The position numbers and the translations under genes are program-made. From the NCBI RefSeq assembly GCF_036321535.1, contig NC_087437.1:75022001-75086000 (forward strand): 64,000 nt of DNA. The letters run 5' to 3'. This document shows positions 37,270-50,100 of the stretch, piece after piece. The notes under the pieces were generated by a model. The model had not been told where the DNA came from, did not search any database, and saw only the letters and a program-made list of their open reading frames with translations. Numbering within the stretch: position 1 is the first letter of the stretch; each line of letters starts with the position of its first letter. This DNA comes from Camelus dromedarius. Its lineage: Eukaryota.

Positions 37270-40200
37270 GGCATTCTGCTTCTGCTCGAGATAGAATAAC
37301 ATCTTGGATTTACCCTCTCACTTGGATATATTCCCTTCTACTTTAAACAAACAAAATCCAGACAAAAATATGAGGCAGTGGTACTCAAGACATTGAACAT
37401 CAGGCAATGAAGGACAGTGACCCTGAATGATGGGAAACAGATGAGGTGAACCCTTCTGTTGCCCTATCTTATTGCCTGAAGAAAGCATTCAGGCCCTAGA
37501 GCAGGCAGATGGGGGAATAGGTGTTGTCCGCTGGTCTTCTGAACTGAGGGATGAAGCTGCAGGACAGGAGAAACTGAGAAGGCAGAGCACTGAAGAGGGG
37601 AAAGCTGCCTATGGAGAGAACTCCGGAGATGTGTAAAAAGCATTTGCCTTGAGGATTCGGTGGGATACTGATAGGTGCATGCAGGCGAGAAAACTACCAC
37701 AGCCTGGGGAGATACCTATGGGAAAGAATGGAGAAAACAGTGACTGTGATTCACACAATGCTGGGAATAGTCCTTGTTTTAACAGCCAGAGTGAAATACC
37801 TCATAATTTGAGGGCCAGAACATCTTTTCACCTAAGTTAAATTTAGCCTGTGATTGAGGCAGGAGCCTGCTCTGGTTCTGTTTAACAAAGTTTAAAAGCA
37901 AGACTCTAAAGGATCAAGTTGTGTCCAAGTACCTTGACCACTTTCCAGAACAAAACTCAAGAATATTAGGATTAGAAAAATACCCATCATCAAATAAAGT
38001 AAAATTCACATTATTTTCTGCCTAATAAAAAATTAGCAAGAATTTAAAGAAGTAGGAAAATACAACCTATAATGAGAAAAATTAATCAGTTGAAGCTCAC
38101 TCAGAATGACACAAATGACAGACTTAGTAGATAAAAACATTAAAACAGTTGTTATAATTGTATTCAATATATTCAAGAAGTTAGACAGAAGATTAAACAT
38201 ATCTGAGACATGAAAGATGCGAAAAGGAAATATCCAAACTGAATTTATAGAGATAAAAACTAAGTTGTCTGACATTTAAAGTATCTGTCTGGGATTACTG
38301 ACAAATAGACTTTTGTAGACATAACAAGAAAAACTATCCAAAATGAAACATGCAAAAAAAGACTGAAATAAACAGATAAGTAAAATGTGGGATAATTTGG
38401 AAGTAATTGAAGAATCAGGAAATGGGGAAGAAGGTAATAAAAAAAATTTAAAGAAATATTTAGTCATCAGCACACAGATTCAAGAAGCATAGCATTTCCA
38501 AATACAACACATTGAAAAAAAAACCACGCCAAAGTATATTGCTTAAAACCAGTGATAAAGAAAATCTTAAATCAGAGAAAAATAAGAACACACAAAGGGA
38601 CAAAGACAAGCATGACACCAGATTTTTTTTCAGAAACAGTGCAACTAAGAAGAGAGTAGAGCAGGGTCTTTAAATCACTGAAAGAAACATAGAGTCAACT
38701 CAACCTTGAAATTTTTTACCCAAAGAAAATACTTTTCAAAAATGAAGGTGAATATAAAACAAGCTGAAGAATTCATCACCAGCAGACCTGAGCTAAAATA
38801 GATGTTAAAGAAAGTCCTTTAAGCTAAAGAGTAATAATACTAGATGGAAGCCTGGATCTACACAAAGGATTGAAGAGTTAGATGTTTATGATAAACCCTA
38901 AGAAATCACTAAAATAACACAACACTGATTCATAACTAATAATACAACAATAAAGATAAAATGGAATCACAGAAAAGATTCTGGTATAATCTAGAAGTCA
39001 TAAAAGGAGGGAAAAAATAAAGAACAAATGGGATAAATAAAAAATATATCAAGAGTGTTGCATTAAATGAAAATGGCTTAAATGCTCCAATTAAACGACA
39101 GAGATTTTCAGACTGAACTTAAAGAAAAAAAGCAAAACAAACTGTATGCTGCCTACAAAAAATGCATTTAAAATATAAACATGTAAATAGGTTAAAAAGG
39201 ATATAAAAAGATTTATCATTCTAACATTAATCAAAGGAAAACTAGAATGACACTATTAATATTAGACAAAGTAGATTTCAGAGAAAACAATATTGAAGGA
39301 TAAAGAGGGTCATTACATAACAATAAAGGTATCAATTCATCGAAAACCCACAGTGCTTCTAAACATGTAGGTACCGAACAACAGAGCTTAAAACATGAAG
39401 CGAAAACTGATAGAATGGTATGGAGAAACAGACCAACGTGCAGTCACAGCCAGAGATTTCAACATTCCCCTCGCAATACTTGATGGAACAAGTAGGCAAA
39501 ATCAGTGAGGATATAAAAGACTTGAAAAGTTCTATCAGCCAAATTGACCTAATTGGCATATACAGAACAGTCTACCAGCAACAATACACACCTTTTTTCA
39601 GGTGCACACCATCATCCACCAAGATAGACTATGTTCTGCCAATAAAAGAAGGCTCAATAAATGGAAAAGGGTCAGGTCATATGTTCTAGGACTGCAATGG
39701 AATTAAATTAGAAATCAATAACAGAAAGAGATCTGGAAAATCCTCAAGTATTTGGAAACTATATAAAACACTTATAAATAACCCATGGGTCAAAGAAGAA
39801 ATCAAAAGGAAAATTGAAAGTATTTGAAATGAATGAATACGAAAACTCAGTGCATCAACATTTGAGGGATGTATCGCTTCTTGGCCTTTTGGCTAAGATC
39901 AGGTGTAACATTTGAGGTATGCAGCTAAAGCGAAACAATATTTTTAAAAGGGGAAATTTATTAAACTAAAAGTTTATTTTAGACAAGAAAAGTCTCATAT
40001 TAATGACCTCAGCTTCCACCTTAAGATGCTAAAAAAGAACAAATGAAACACACAATAAGCAGAAGAAATGATATAATACAGATTACAGGGCAAGGCAATG
40101 AAACAGAAGATATAAAAATAACAGAAATTATGTGAACAATAACTAGTTCTTTAGGAAATCAATAAAATTAATGAATCTCTAGACAAATCGGGAGAAAATG

Positions 40201-40420
40201 AAGAATTATCAGTATCAAAAAGAGGTGAAATCACAACAGATTTTACAAATATTAAACAAATAACATGGAAATATTTGGAACAACTTTATGCCAATAAATT
40301 TAACAACTTAGATGAGTGGAAAAAAATTCCTCAAACGACACAAACTTACAAAGAAATAATTTGAAGAGCCTTATATTTATTAAAGAATTTAAATTTGTAG
40401 CTAGAAAACTTCACAACTAC
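37270..40420 (+). mobile_element. Old L1 (LINE-1) fragment: 5' region, degraded ORF1 and ORF2 endonuclease region
   Basis: A-rich strand. ttaaatgaaaatggcttaaatgctccaattaaacgacagaga (~39063) corresponds to the L1 endonuclease motif LNxNGLNAPIKR. Remnants of IDLIxIYRT, KIDY and NGIKLEIN follow, with many stops and frameshifts. Confidence 0.9.
39873..39907 (+). pseudogene. 3'-truncated (tailless) U2 snRNA retropseudogene, U2 nt 1-35
   Basis: atcgcttcttggccttttggctaagatcaggtgta vs U2 5' end ATCGCTTCTCGGCCTTTTGGCTAAGATCAAGTGTA (2 mismatches). Flanked by direct repeats aacatttgagggatgt (39857-39872) and aacatttgaggtatgc (39907-39922). Confidence 0.93.
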
Positions 40421-41339
40421 CTGGTACACAAAACTTGAAAAATATTTTGGAATTCAAATAATATAAACCAGGGGCAAAAAATTCAGATATCTCTAGGTGC
40501 TAGGTAAATAATGTAAGTAAGTGATGTGGAATAGTTACAGGAAAAAATAACTGCCAAAAATACAATCAAACTTTGTTTTTACTGAACCCTGGTATATATA
40601 GAAATGTAACAACATCAGCATATATGATAGCAAAGATTTTATTTTAAATTAAACATAAAAACTTAAAATCAATATGTTATTAATTATTCATTCTATTTCT
40701 TATGGGATTTTTTTTTTTTTGGTTCTTCTCTGGAATCAGAAAATGGATTCCTTTTCTTTTGCCTTTAGACATTAATTTGTATATATTTTGCATTGCCTGT
40801 GGCATTGTGGACAACTTAAAATATTTTACTTTGTCACTAGTGTTTAATTTTCTACAGATGCCTAATGGAAAATAATTATTGACGGAAGTCAGTACTTCCA
40901 AATACGAATAGAATTCTTATCCAAAATGTGTTCTCCCTTCCTCCCTTTCCCGGGGTAGCTCCTTCTCATTGTTCAGTTCTCAGAATTAAATTTTCCTCTT
41001 CAGAGATGCCTTCTCTCCATTATTATCTCTCATCACTCTACTTTTTTACTAGTATTTTTTTGTTACTAGTAGCTACCCTTTTCTTTGTAAACTTGACACT
41101 CATCTTTTCTCCTACCTTGTAGATCAGTGGTTCAGACTCTGTTTCCCTCACCATCCATACTTTGGTACCTAAACTGCAGCAGCAGCTCCACAAACCACTG
41201 AGGAAAGAGCTACTGAAATCCCCTAAGCTCTGGTCAGAGGGCAGGACTGACGGCTGTCATGTACAATTTTCTTGGTCAGTGATAATTTGAGACCTGATTA
41301 AACTGCTCCAACTGGAGAAAGGAAGTTTTTTTAAACACT

Positions 41340-42030
41340 TATTTTTGGGAGGGCAGTTTAAGAGCACTTATTGGAATTTAAACAGGACACACACTTTGAC
41401 CAAACTCTTGACCTTCCAGAAATCTATTTTATAGAGACTCACACTATGCACACCTTTTACAGCATCAATTCTTTTCCCAGACATTTAGCCTTAAGAAGAA
41501 GGCAGACAAGTACCCAAACGTGTGTGGAGATGTATTCTCATTACAATGTTTTTGTAAAGGCAAAAAAAAAAAAACCCCAAAAAACAAACAAACAAACAAA
41601 AACCCAGAAATGGGAAATGAGCTAAATGTACTTTAAAATTATTTAAATAAGTTTTGGTGTAATTATCAGTGAGATGCTAAGCAGGCATTAAAATTATAAC
41701 TATATTTAGTTATAGTTAAAAACACAAGTGGAAATAAATTCACAATATATTGTTAAGTGAAAAAAGTTTAAATAATATATATAAAATAATCCTCCCCCTG
41801 CCTTTTCTTTTTTGATTAAAAGATACAACAACTAATGGGCATATATATGGGTGAACATATGGTCCTGCCAGAAAAAGATCTAGAAGGGTATGTAGAAAGT
41901 TGGTCACAGTCATTACCTCTGGCTAGTAAAATATCTAAATTCTTTTTGATACTTGTTTATTATTACAAGGAACATGCATTAATTTTATAATTTTTAAAAC
42001 TAATAAACATATTTCCATTTGGGAAAAAAA
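41340..42030 (+). mobile_element. Old L1ME-like 3' fragment
   Basis: caatatattgttaagtgaaaaaag...cagtcattacctctgg...aacatgcattaattttataat motifs typical of L1ME 3' ends. Confidence 0.6.
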
Positions 42031-42551
42031 TTCTTCTTAAGAAGATGATCCCTCTTCTCTTAGGAACAAATTTTAATGTCTTCCATGCCTTTCAATCAGA
42101 AATGTCTTCCAATTATGGGGTGTTTCACATTGCTGAGAAAGGAGAACTGTTTTAACAAAATTTTTTCTTTCTTTCAATATGATCCAGAACATACCTATGC
42201 TTTAAAAACATCTTGGTTTATTTCACTGAGTGTTAAGAATTGATTTGAAGTTGTGACTTTGTTATCAGGATCAATTTGCAAACTTGATTTCATTTGTATT
42301 TTACTATATAGGCATTTTTTAAAGTGGATTCACACAGATAATTTAGATAATTTTTGTATAGTGTATTTTAAATCCACTAATTACATTTGGTGTGCATGAT
42401 CATAAACTCTGAATTAGAGGTCAGCCACCATCCCACCAACAGATGACCAGACCATCACCCTGCCAAACCACACTGTGTCATCTAGGGATCTTGTGTTCTT
42501 AATAGCCGTGTCCAGGAAGCGCCGGATCACGGAGCTGGATGCTAGTTCCTG
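41956..42551 (-). other. TRAT1: Probable TRAT1 3' UTR with candidate AATAAA signals at 42217-42222 and 41956-41961
   Basis: Lies directly downstream of the stop codon; tttatt on + strand = AATAAA on minus. The true 3' end cannot be determined from sequence alone. Confidence 0.45.
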
Positions 42552-42809
42552 CTAGTTTACAGTTTCTTTCTGTGCACGAATCAATCCAAACAGCCTGATG
42601 GGGTCATCGTGAATGTTTTCCTCTACCACCTTGCTTTCTGGTGGGAAATCGTCCACCAAAGTGGTCTTAGAAAGGCTGACATTCGTTGCATGTGCCAGCC
42701 CAGCTTCGTCCTTGTCTGACAAGTAAGTATTCTGTTTCTTGGGCTTTCTGCGCTTCCTCTCATGGTTGTGTTCTAGTGCGGCATAGAACACCTTTGCTTC
42801 TTTGGTTTC
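42552..42809 (-). CDS. TRAT1: TRAT1 last coding exon 6 (258 nt including TAG)
   Basis: tttctttgtag|GAA ACC AAA... = ETKEAKVFYAALEHNHERKRRKPKKQNTYLSDKDEAGLAHATNVSLSKTTLVDDFPPESKVVEENIHDDPIRLFGLIRAQKETVN*. The C-terminus VEENIHDDPIRLFGLIRA is identical to recalled human TRIM. Exons 2-6 total 557 nt; a 7-nt coding exon 1 would give about 187 aa. Confidence 0.97.
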   Translation of the reverse strand, partial: ETKEAKVFYAALEHNHERKRRKPKKQNTYLSDKDEAGLAHATNVSLSKTTLVDDFPPESKVVEENIHDDPIRLFGLIRAQKETVN

Positions 42810-43701
42810 CTACAAAGAAAGGCACGTTAATTTTTCATTGTTAACCATTCTTTTAACTTTGACTTCTGGGAATTTCTAAGGCCTACAAAAAACACACAGC
42901 TTGTTTTCTGGACTTCAGCTACCTTATTTAACAAATTTGTCATTTAGGGTGATAATGAAAAGCAATAGTCAACTCAAGACTTTGGAGTGGGGGAAAAAAG
43001 TGCTTAAAAGAACTTTTTGTGTGTGTAGTTTTCTTTCTTATAGTCAAGATAAACACGAAACTTTTAGATGGGCTCTTACCTGCCTCTCCCCCGGCCTTCA
43101 CCCTGGGAGTGCTTTGCCCTACATTTTGCCTATCAAGTGACACACTCTGATTGGGTTAAATTGCTCCCTCTCATGCCTGTTCCCAGTTTAACAAATCAGC
43201 AATCTGCTTTACATACATTTAATAATTGGGCCTCTGACGGTACCCACAAAAGTCCCCAATTTTTCTACATTTTTGAGACTCAGAAGTATAAGGCCAACAG
43301 TGTCCATTTATACAACTGGCATTTGGCAAGAATTACATTTACCATTTTCCCCTATTATTTCCTTCTTGCCTGTCTGTCCCCAGATCCCCTTGGAGCTCAT
43401 TTAGGTTGGTCTCAGAGATATTCATTTACACCCAAGGGGGCTGCCTGTTGGCCCTTTCTGGGCTAGAGCTGAGTCAGTAATCGAAGAAGAACAGGAGGCT
43501 AGAGATACTGGATAAAGCAATAGGCTTGAAAACAAGACCTTGAATTTGGTGTTGGAAAGCCTAGGATTGAATTCCAGCTCTGTAATATGTTGGTCATGGG
43601 CCCTTGGGAAGTTTTTTTTTTTTTTTAAACTATTTTGAGCCTATTGCTTTTAAAATGGCAGCACCTGTCTTACAGTGTTCTTAGCAAATAGAGACAGTAA
43701 A

Positions 43702-43916
43702 CAGCTGACCCCTGAACAACACAGAGGTTAGGGATGCTGACCCTCTGAGCAGGTTGAAGTCTGCATATAACTTTACAGTCAGCCCTCTGTAGCCACAGCT
43801 CCGCATCCAGGAATTCAACCAACCCCTTGTCATTAACACTGCAGTAAGCATTTAGTGAAAGAAATCAGTGTGTAAGTAGACCCACACTGTTCAAACCTGG
43901 TTATTCAAGGTCCAAA
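43702..43916. mobile_element. Tigger2-derived MITE (Tigger2a/MER8-like)
   Basis: Starts cagctgacccctgaacaacac (cf. Tigger2 TIR CAGTTGACCCTTGAACAAC) and ends with the inverted counterpart gttattcaaggtcc. Confidence 0.78.
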
Positions 43917-44169
43917 AGTAAGGTGGTATTCTAATTATTAGAAGTTGTATGCTAAAACTTTAGGACAGCCATTAAATAAATCACAAATTTCTGTATTAAA
44001 ATTTTACATTTAAAAGTAAGCCAAAGTGATATCAATTTGTGGGCTCTGGGGTAAGGAGGCAACCTGTGGATTAACAAAACCACTAACGCATGGATAAGCT
44101 TCTCCCTTTGGACACTCAATTTCATGCCAAGAGTTAAATGTCTTGTGTTCTCTACCAGCCAGACGGATG

Positions 44170-44515
44170 GCTCTCTGGTATCTTTGCCTGACTTTTTAAT
44201 CCTAAAATAATCATTTTTGGAAAACTGCAGATACCTAATTGGTGTCCTTGCTCTTGTCTCTACCCTCTGCTAGTTAGCTCAGTCTGTCTTTAAATTATCG
44301 TCCTAAGGCACAGCTTTCATACTTTACCATCCTGTCTCCAAAATTTTAGCCTACAGACTGAAGTCTGCATTTCATAGCCTGACATTCAAGGTTTTCCATG
44401 CTTATAACTCCACATCTTCTGTTTTGATTCCCACTACTCTGTATTCCAAGCCAACTGAACATTTCACTGCTTCCTGAACATTCCTCGTGTTTTACAAGCT
44501 CTGCCTTTGCCTAGA
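44170..44515 (+). mobile_element. L2 fragment
   Basis: cctaattggtgtccttgct...tagcctgacattcaagg...ccaagccaactgaacatttcactgcttcctgaaca. Confidence 0.55.
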
Positions 44516-44589
44516 CAGAAAAGATGTCAGTGAGGTTAAAAACAAACAAACAGAAAAACCAGAAGGCACTCAGTAATTCAAGTGGGTAG

Positions 44590-45135
44590 ATATCTTTTTT
44601 GACACTCCAGCACTTTGTTCTATCCTTTTTTCTTTGATAAATTCTCCATTTTCCTTTAGGAAATTTCTCTCCTTTATCTGGTCTTGGAGATCCTGTCAGT
44701 TACTGTACTCTAGGCTCAGGACAGGTCTAAGCACATGATCCAGGCTGGAACCAACCACCCTGCCAAACCTCCTGGCAACAGAAGTTGGTCCAAAGTGGGC
44801 ATGTGACTTCAGCAGAGCCAATTATATGGCATCCTTGGGACTGATGTACAGATGAAGAAATACAAAAGGCATCTTTTTGTGGAGTTGGAAGGAAGAAATT
44901 CTGGGTCTGCCAGTGGCTTTCCCAGCCTCAATGGAAGAGTCTGTTGGTAATAGAATGAAGTCAGTAACAGAGAGAATCAGGGAGAAATGGAGAGAGCCCC
45001 CACAATCAATGATCTCTAAACCAAAATATACCCTTACATCTTCCAGTTATATGACCCAGTGATTTCCCTTTTATGCTAAAGTTGTTCGAATTGGGTTTTT
45101 GTACTCACAACTAAAAGCATTTCAAATAATATATG
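44590..45135 (+). mobile_element. MLT1-like LTR
   Basis: gggcatgtgacttcagcagagccaat..., ending ttccagttatatgacccagtgatttcccttt...gaattgggtttttgtactcacaactaaaagc. Confidence 0.6.
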
Positions 45136-45541
45136 TCTGGTCAACAATTGGTCGACTTTATCAAGTGTTGCCAAGTTCAAACAACGTGAGTCCTGAGGAA
45201 GGACCACAAATTGTATGTGACCTAGTCATTTGTGACTTCCAGAATTTTGTTTCAGTTGAGTAGATGGGTAGAAAAGATACAGACAGGGATAAAAGAATCT
45301 GCATCTATGAAAAGAAACAGAAACTGTGGAGGAAAGTAAAAACCAGTTTAGGAATGGGAGAGAAAAATGGTTGAGGTAAAGTTTTGTTGTTTTATTTGGT
45401 TTTGTTTTTAAGTATCGTGGAGATTTGTGCATATTGGTAGGTAAACAGCAATTAATTTAAAAAGAGACAAATAACTGAAGGTGCAAGATCTTGAAAGAAA
45501 TAGGAGAAATAGTCAAGAGCACAAGTAGGAGTACTGACTTT

Positions 45542-45707
45542 ATGTTTTTCTTTTTTATTGACGTATAGTCCTTTTACAATGTTGTCAACTTCTGGTGTAC
45601 AGCATAATGTTTCAGTCATATATGTACATACATATATTCCTTTTCATATTCTTTTTCATTATAGGTTACTACAAGATATTGAATATATTTCCCAGAAGAA
45701 ACCTGTT
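45542..45707 (-). mobile_element. 5'-truncated L1 3' end
   Basis: ttattgacgtatagtccttttacaatgttgtcaacttctggtgtacagc. TSD taggagtactgacttt (45526-45541) / taggagcattgacttt (45708-45723). Confidence 0.82.
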
Positions 45708-46669
45708 TAGGAGCATTGACTTTGGAAAGGAGAGAGGATGCTTCTGACACAGGAGGGAAAGGAAGGATGTGGGTGAGAGGTTTGACATGAGGATAAGGGA
45801 AGGGGAGTAAGTTCACACTTGTGTCCCTCGATTTTTTTTTAGGATATGAGAATTCTCAGGAACTCACTTTATTTTTAGGTTTCCTGATCAACTCTTCCTA
45901 GCTAATAGCAGATTTAGATACTAAAACTATAACTTCTGAACTGCACACATAATTTTCAAAGGGCAAGGAGCTTATTTCTTTTTCCAACAATCATTTTATC
46001 CATCAAGCTTTATGCATCATATTCTAGATTCCTTATGCTTTTGTAATTGACAAGAGTATCTGAGTATCGTAGTAGCAAACTGGGTAGTGTTTTTGATGAT
46101 AATGATCATTCTAATAAAATGGAATTGAGCAAATACAGAGATTAGTCTTTGTTTAGAAATAATCTCTTTAGAAGTGTCTTTAAATATATAATTCATAAAA
46201 TGGCAAACTTGTATTAAAGACATTTTAAGGCTTTGCACAGTTTCCATGTTAGTAAAAACGAGATGCAGCACAAATAGAGCTGTCCTGTTCAATTTACATG
46301 TATTAAACAGCAACTTTTATTCAGAATTCTCAGTTCCTTTTACTAAGGTGCCATGAATCTTAGATGGCATGGTTATATTTTAACCTTCTTTGAGAGGTTT
46401 TCTTTTTATTATCATGAATTTAGCAGATCATTTTATTATATGCAGGTTTTCCTATCTTTTATCTAAAAATCCATTTTACAATTAATTGAACATCACGTGA
46501 CAGATTTGCCCATGAGAGGTTAACTTTACATTTTGCTTAAACCTCACCACATCTTGATTCCTTAATAAAAATTTTCAAGAATTTGATTTTTCGGGGTATT
46601 CATATAAAGAAAACGAGAAATTATATTTCAGTGGGACATTTCCAAGTTGTGACCTATTTTCAGAGGAAT

Positions 46670-46855
46670 GCTTTGTTAGGCAGAACTCAGTTTGGATTCC
46701 ATCTCCCCACTTAGTATCTGTGTCTCTGGGTAAGTTTTTCATCCTTTTCAAACCTCTGTCAAATAGGATCATCATGCTGAATTCCTCATAGGAATCTAAG
46801 ATAATGCCTTTAAAGCACATAATACCTGACACATAACAACTACATAGGAAATGCT
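46670..46855 (+). mobile_element. MIR SINE
   Basis: gtttggattccatctccccacttagtatctgtgtctctgggtaagttt...taaagcacataatacctgacacata. Confidence 0.65.
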
Positions 46856-47606
46856 GGCTCTGAAGCTATTTTTAGGGAATAGCAAGAGAGCATATGATAA
46901 AAGGGGCAAAATCGGGGAGGAGAAGGAAAAACCATTTTAACTGAAATTTCTAATACTTCAGCCGCACGTAGGCTAAGAATTGTGAATGGCGGTGCTGTGT
47001 CTGAGGAGGCTGGGCTGGTTACGATGGGAAAAGGATAAACTGTTTACTTCTTCTTGGGCTCTTCTGTTCCTGCTTAGGCTTTAGTCCTGCCTATCCCCAC
47101 ACAAGCCATGTGTGAGTCTCTTGAGATAAGACGAGAGCCGTAGGAATAGTATAAAATTTACACTCATTTTCCTTGTGAAACAGAGGTTATTGTTTTTTAT
47201 AGCTAGCGAATTTATCTTTTAACTAAAACTCGCTTTCTCTCTCCATCCACCATAAGTTCCTGACTTCTGGGTCTTCTTAGCATTATACTTCTGTCAACCT
47301 TCATATTTATTTCTGTGATACATGTAATTTATTTTACTCTGAAAGAAAAAAACTTAACTGTTTAGGAAGAGGATCCACTTTTCCCTTGAAATCTATTGCT
47401 TTTGTAATTGGACACAATTTTGACTCTGAGGATTGTTTATTTGCCTTTGAGTTTTTCTTTAGAGAATCGGACACTGATTTGGACTGCAAAATTCCTAACA
47501 GGCTGCTGCTGATGTTAGAATATGCTGTTTTTATGCTCTTGAAACAAGCAGCTGTGCTATGACCTAGGCTGACCTTGACCCTTCGATACAGAAAAACAAA
47601 ACTCAC

Positions 47607-47695
47607 CTGTGCAGGGGGGTTGTCTTCTTGCAGTTTATTGACAGACCTCTCTGGTCGGGCTTTCATTTGTTCATAGCAATTTTCATCCACTGGTT
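47607..47695 (-). CDS. TRAT1: TRAT1 coding exon 5 (89 nt), contains YEQM (PI3K p85-binding YxxM) motif
   Basis: cccaag|AA CCA GTG GAT GAA AAT TGC TAT GAA CAA ATG ... GCA CAG|gtgagt = (E)PVDENCYEQMKARPERSVNKLQEDNPPAQ. Human: EPMDENCYEQMKARPEKSVNKMQEATPSAQ. Confidence 0.97.
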
Positions 47696-47929
47696 CTTGG
47701 GAGTTGACAAGATCAAGATTTATAAAGGAAAAATAAAAAATGCTGGCACAAATAAAAATACATGACCCAAACAACATTTGGCTATAAATAGGAAACCCTC
47801 GAGGATCATTTGACTTGTCTTTTTCATGGTGATGCAGAGAGGTGAGGAAATACAAGCTCTTTTCTGCAGATCAGACTGTGAAGTCTGTTGTCCCATAACA
47901 TGAACAACTGGACAAAAGAAGGTCACTTG

Positions 47930-48055
47930 GGTGGGGGGGAGGATATAGCTTAGTGGTAGAGTGTGTACCTAGCATGCACAAGGTTCTGGGTTCAACCCAC
48001 AGCACCCCCATTAAAAAATAAATAAAAACCTAATTACCTCCCCCACCTCCCCCCA
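47930..48055 (+). mobile_element. tRNA-derived SINE, camelid Vic-1-like
   Basis: G-rich start, A box (tagcttagtgg), B box (ggttcaacc), tail ttaaaaaataaataaaaacctaattacctcccc. Degenerate TSD aagaaggtcacttg / aaaaagatcatttg. Confidence 0.85.
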
Positions 48056-48604
48056 AAAAGATCATTTGAGATAAGGATTAGATCATACTCATTTTTTCAC
48101 ACTACCATTGCAAGACATGACAGTCTGACAGACTCAACTTAAACCATTTAGATGTGATAGAGATTCCAGAAGTTAAAGGATTGCCTGTGTTCTCTTCTAT
48201 TTAAGTCTGATTACAAATTGTGCAGGTGGCATAAAGCACAGTGCACGTACATTGATAATTATAATTTAGTAATTTTTTTGCATAAGTAAGAAGTTTTCCT
48301 CAGAGGCATTTTAAATGCCTTTAGGATGCCCTACATCCTATTTTTGAAAAAGAGGCAGCAGACCTGCACTCCTTTCATTCTGCGGGGATGCTTACTGAAT
48401 CATCCATACCCTTCTGCCCCCAGATACTCCTATTTAAAAGGGAGAGGAAGTAGAGTTAGTGACTTGTAGGATGGTGAGTAGCCTGGCAGAAATGTGGATT
48501 GCGCCAGTTTGACCCCATAGGCAAAAAGATATATTTACTGTAATACAAGGCACTTCATAGTCATTCAAGCTCCTCTGAAAAGCCATGCAGAGAAATGGTC
48601 CATA

Positions 48605-48730
48605 GAGTGATGTTTCTCAAAGCATGGTCCATGAAAAACATGCATTAGTATCACCTGGGAGGTTTGGTAAATAGCAGGTTACTGAGCCCTGTGGTGGAAC
48701 TACTAAATCAGAACCTGTCGGAGTGACACC
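48605..48730. mobile_element. MER5A-like fragment
   Basis: gtttctcaaagcatggtcc...gcattagtatcacctgggaggtttgg...ctactaaatcagaac. Confidence 0.65.
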
Positions 48731-48860
48731 TCTGCTCATTAGACATGGAAACTGCAGATATGGTGGGCTTTGAGCCACCAGAATACATAAGAAATTAAGT
48801 CCTCAAATATTATAGGTGGGCACCACAATTCTGCAAGGGGAAACAGAAGGGCAAATTATT

Positions 48861-49135
48861 ATTACTTTTTATTTATTTATTTTATTATTTTTAATGAAAG
48901 TATAGTTGATTTACAATGTTGTGTTAGTGTCAGGTGTACAGCAAAGTGATTTAGTAATATGTATATATTACATATCCTTTTTCAGATTCTTTTCCATTAT
49001 TGGTTATTATAAGGTATTGAAGATAGCTCTCTGCACTGTACAGCAGGTTCTTGTTGGTTATCTATTTTATATATAGTAGTGTGTATCTGTTAATCCCAAA
49101 CTCTTAATTTATCCTTCCCCCCGTTCCCCTTTGGT
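48861..49135 (-). mobile_element. 5'-truncated L1 3' end, same family as 28045-28274
   Basis: (ttta)n tail then gtatagttgatttacaatgttgtgttagtgtcaggtgtacagcaaagtgat. TSD agggcaaattatt (48848-48860) / agggcaaattctt (49136-49148). Confidence 0.87.
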
Positions 49136-50100
49136 AGGGCAAATTCTTTTTAATAGTCTATTCCTGAAAAAATTGTTTCTGATTCTTCAGAATACAGAGC
49201 TTAGAGGACACTTTACAATGGGGGGAAAGACAAAAATTATATTCTTGAATCCTATAAAATTCTCATGCTTAACTTTTGGAGATTCCATACTGTTTTGATA
49301 TATATAGAGATTCAGATAAATTTAGTCTGCTGCTGGAAATCTCTGTGTTGAAGACTCAGAGACCAACAGGACTTACCCCCCAAGTCTCCTATCATGAATT
49401 AAGTGACGGCCTGCAGGGCAAGGATGGGGTTAAATGCTAGCATTACTGTCAGAGCGCTGGGATCAGATCACAGCTGTCTGTTAGGAGGCATTTAGGGGCA
49501 TTTGGCTCTGGGCTGGTTGGGATGCTTCAAGTAATAAGAGATGCTGGGAATTGAAGAGTACTTGTTACATAAGAACAAAAATTGTGTAACCCACTCGGTG
49601 ATGATTTGGCTCTTCTCTTTCCCTCCATGTAACCCTAGATTCTCCACTTAAAAAAGAATGAGTTAAAACAAGGGAAACAGAGAACGTGTTCTTTGTTCCC
49701 AATTATTCACTGTAGATTTGCTCTTTTCTACAGAGCATCAAGCACTGTTTCCCTGGGCCATTTTCTGTTCTAGAGATAGCTGTATTTCAAAGAAATCTAT
49801 TTGTGTCAAAATTCAGGGTAGTAGAGTCTTCCTGTATTCTCATTAATACTAGAGGGAAATGAAGAGAATATAGAAAAACAGGATGTTGATTTACACTGAA
49901 TTTTGCAATACGATTTACAGTATGCAGCTTTGGAAATATATACTAAATAACGTGCGAAATATACTTGAATTTATGATTACCGTTGGAATGTTTAAATGTG
50001 ATTGCGATGAAAAATAATAAGCCACCTCAAAGTCTTTGTAGAATTAAGTGGGAATAATTAATTTCTAGATAAATTTACTTTCTGGAAAAATTAAACTTAC

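Noticed and set aside
39420..39689. 89-aa ORF
   Set aside because: Degraded L1 ORF2 endonuclease-region remnant, not a host gene.
47334..47855. 173-aa minus-strand ORF
   Set aside because: Only 47607-47695 is coding (TRAT1 exon 5, bounded by AG/GT); the rest is intron that happens to be open.
47941..48010. tRNA-like sequence
   Set aside because: Head of a tRNA-derived SINE with tail and TSD, not a tRNA gene.
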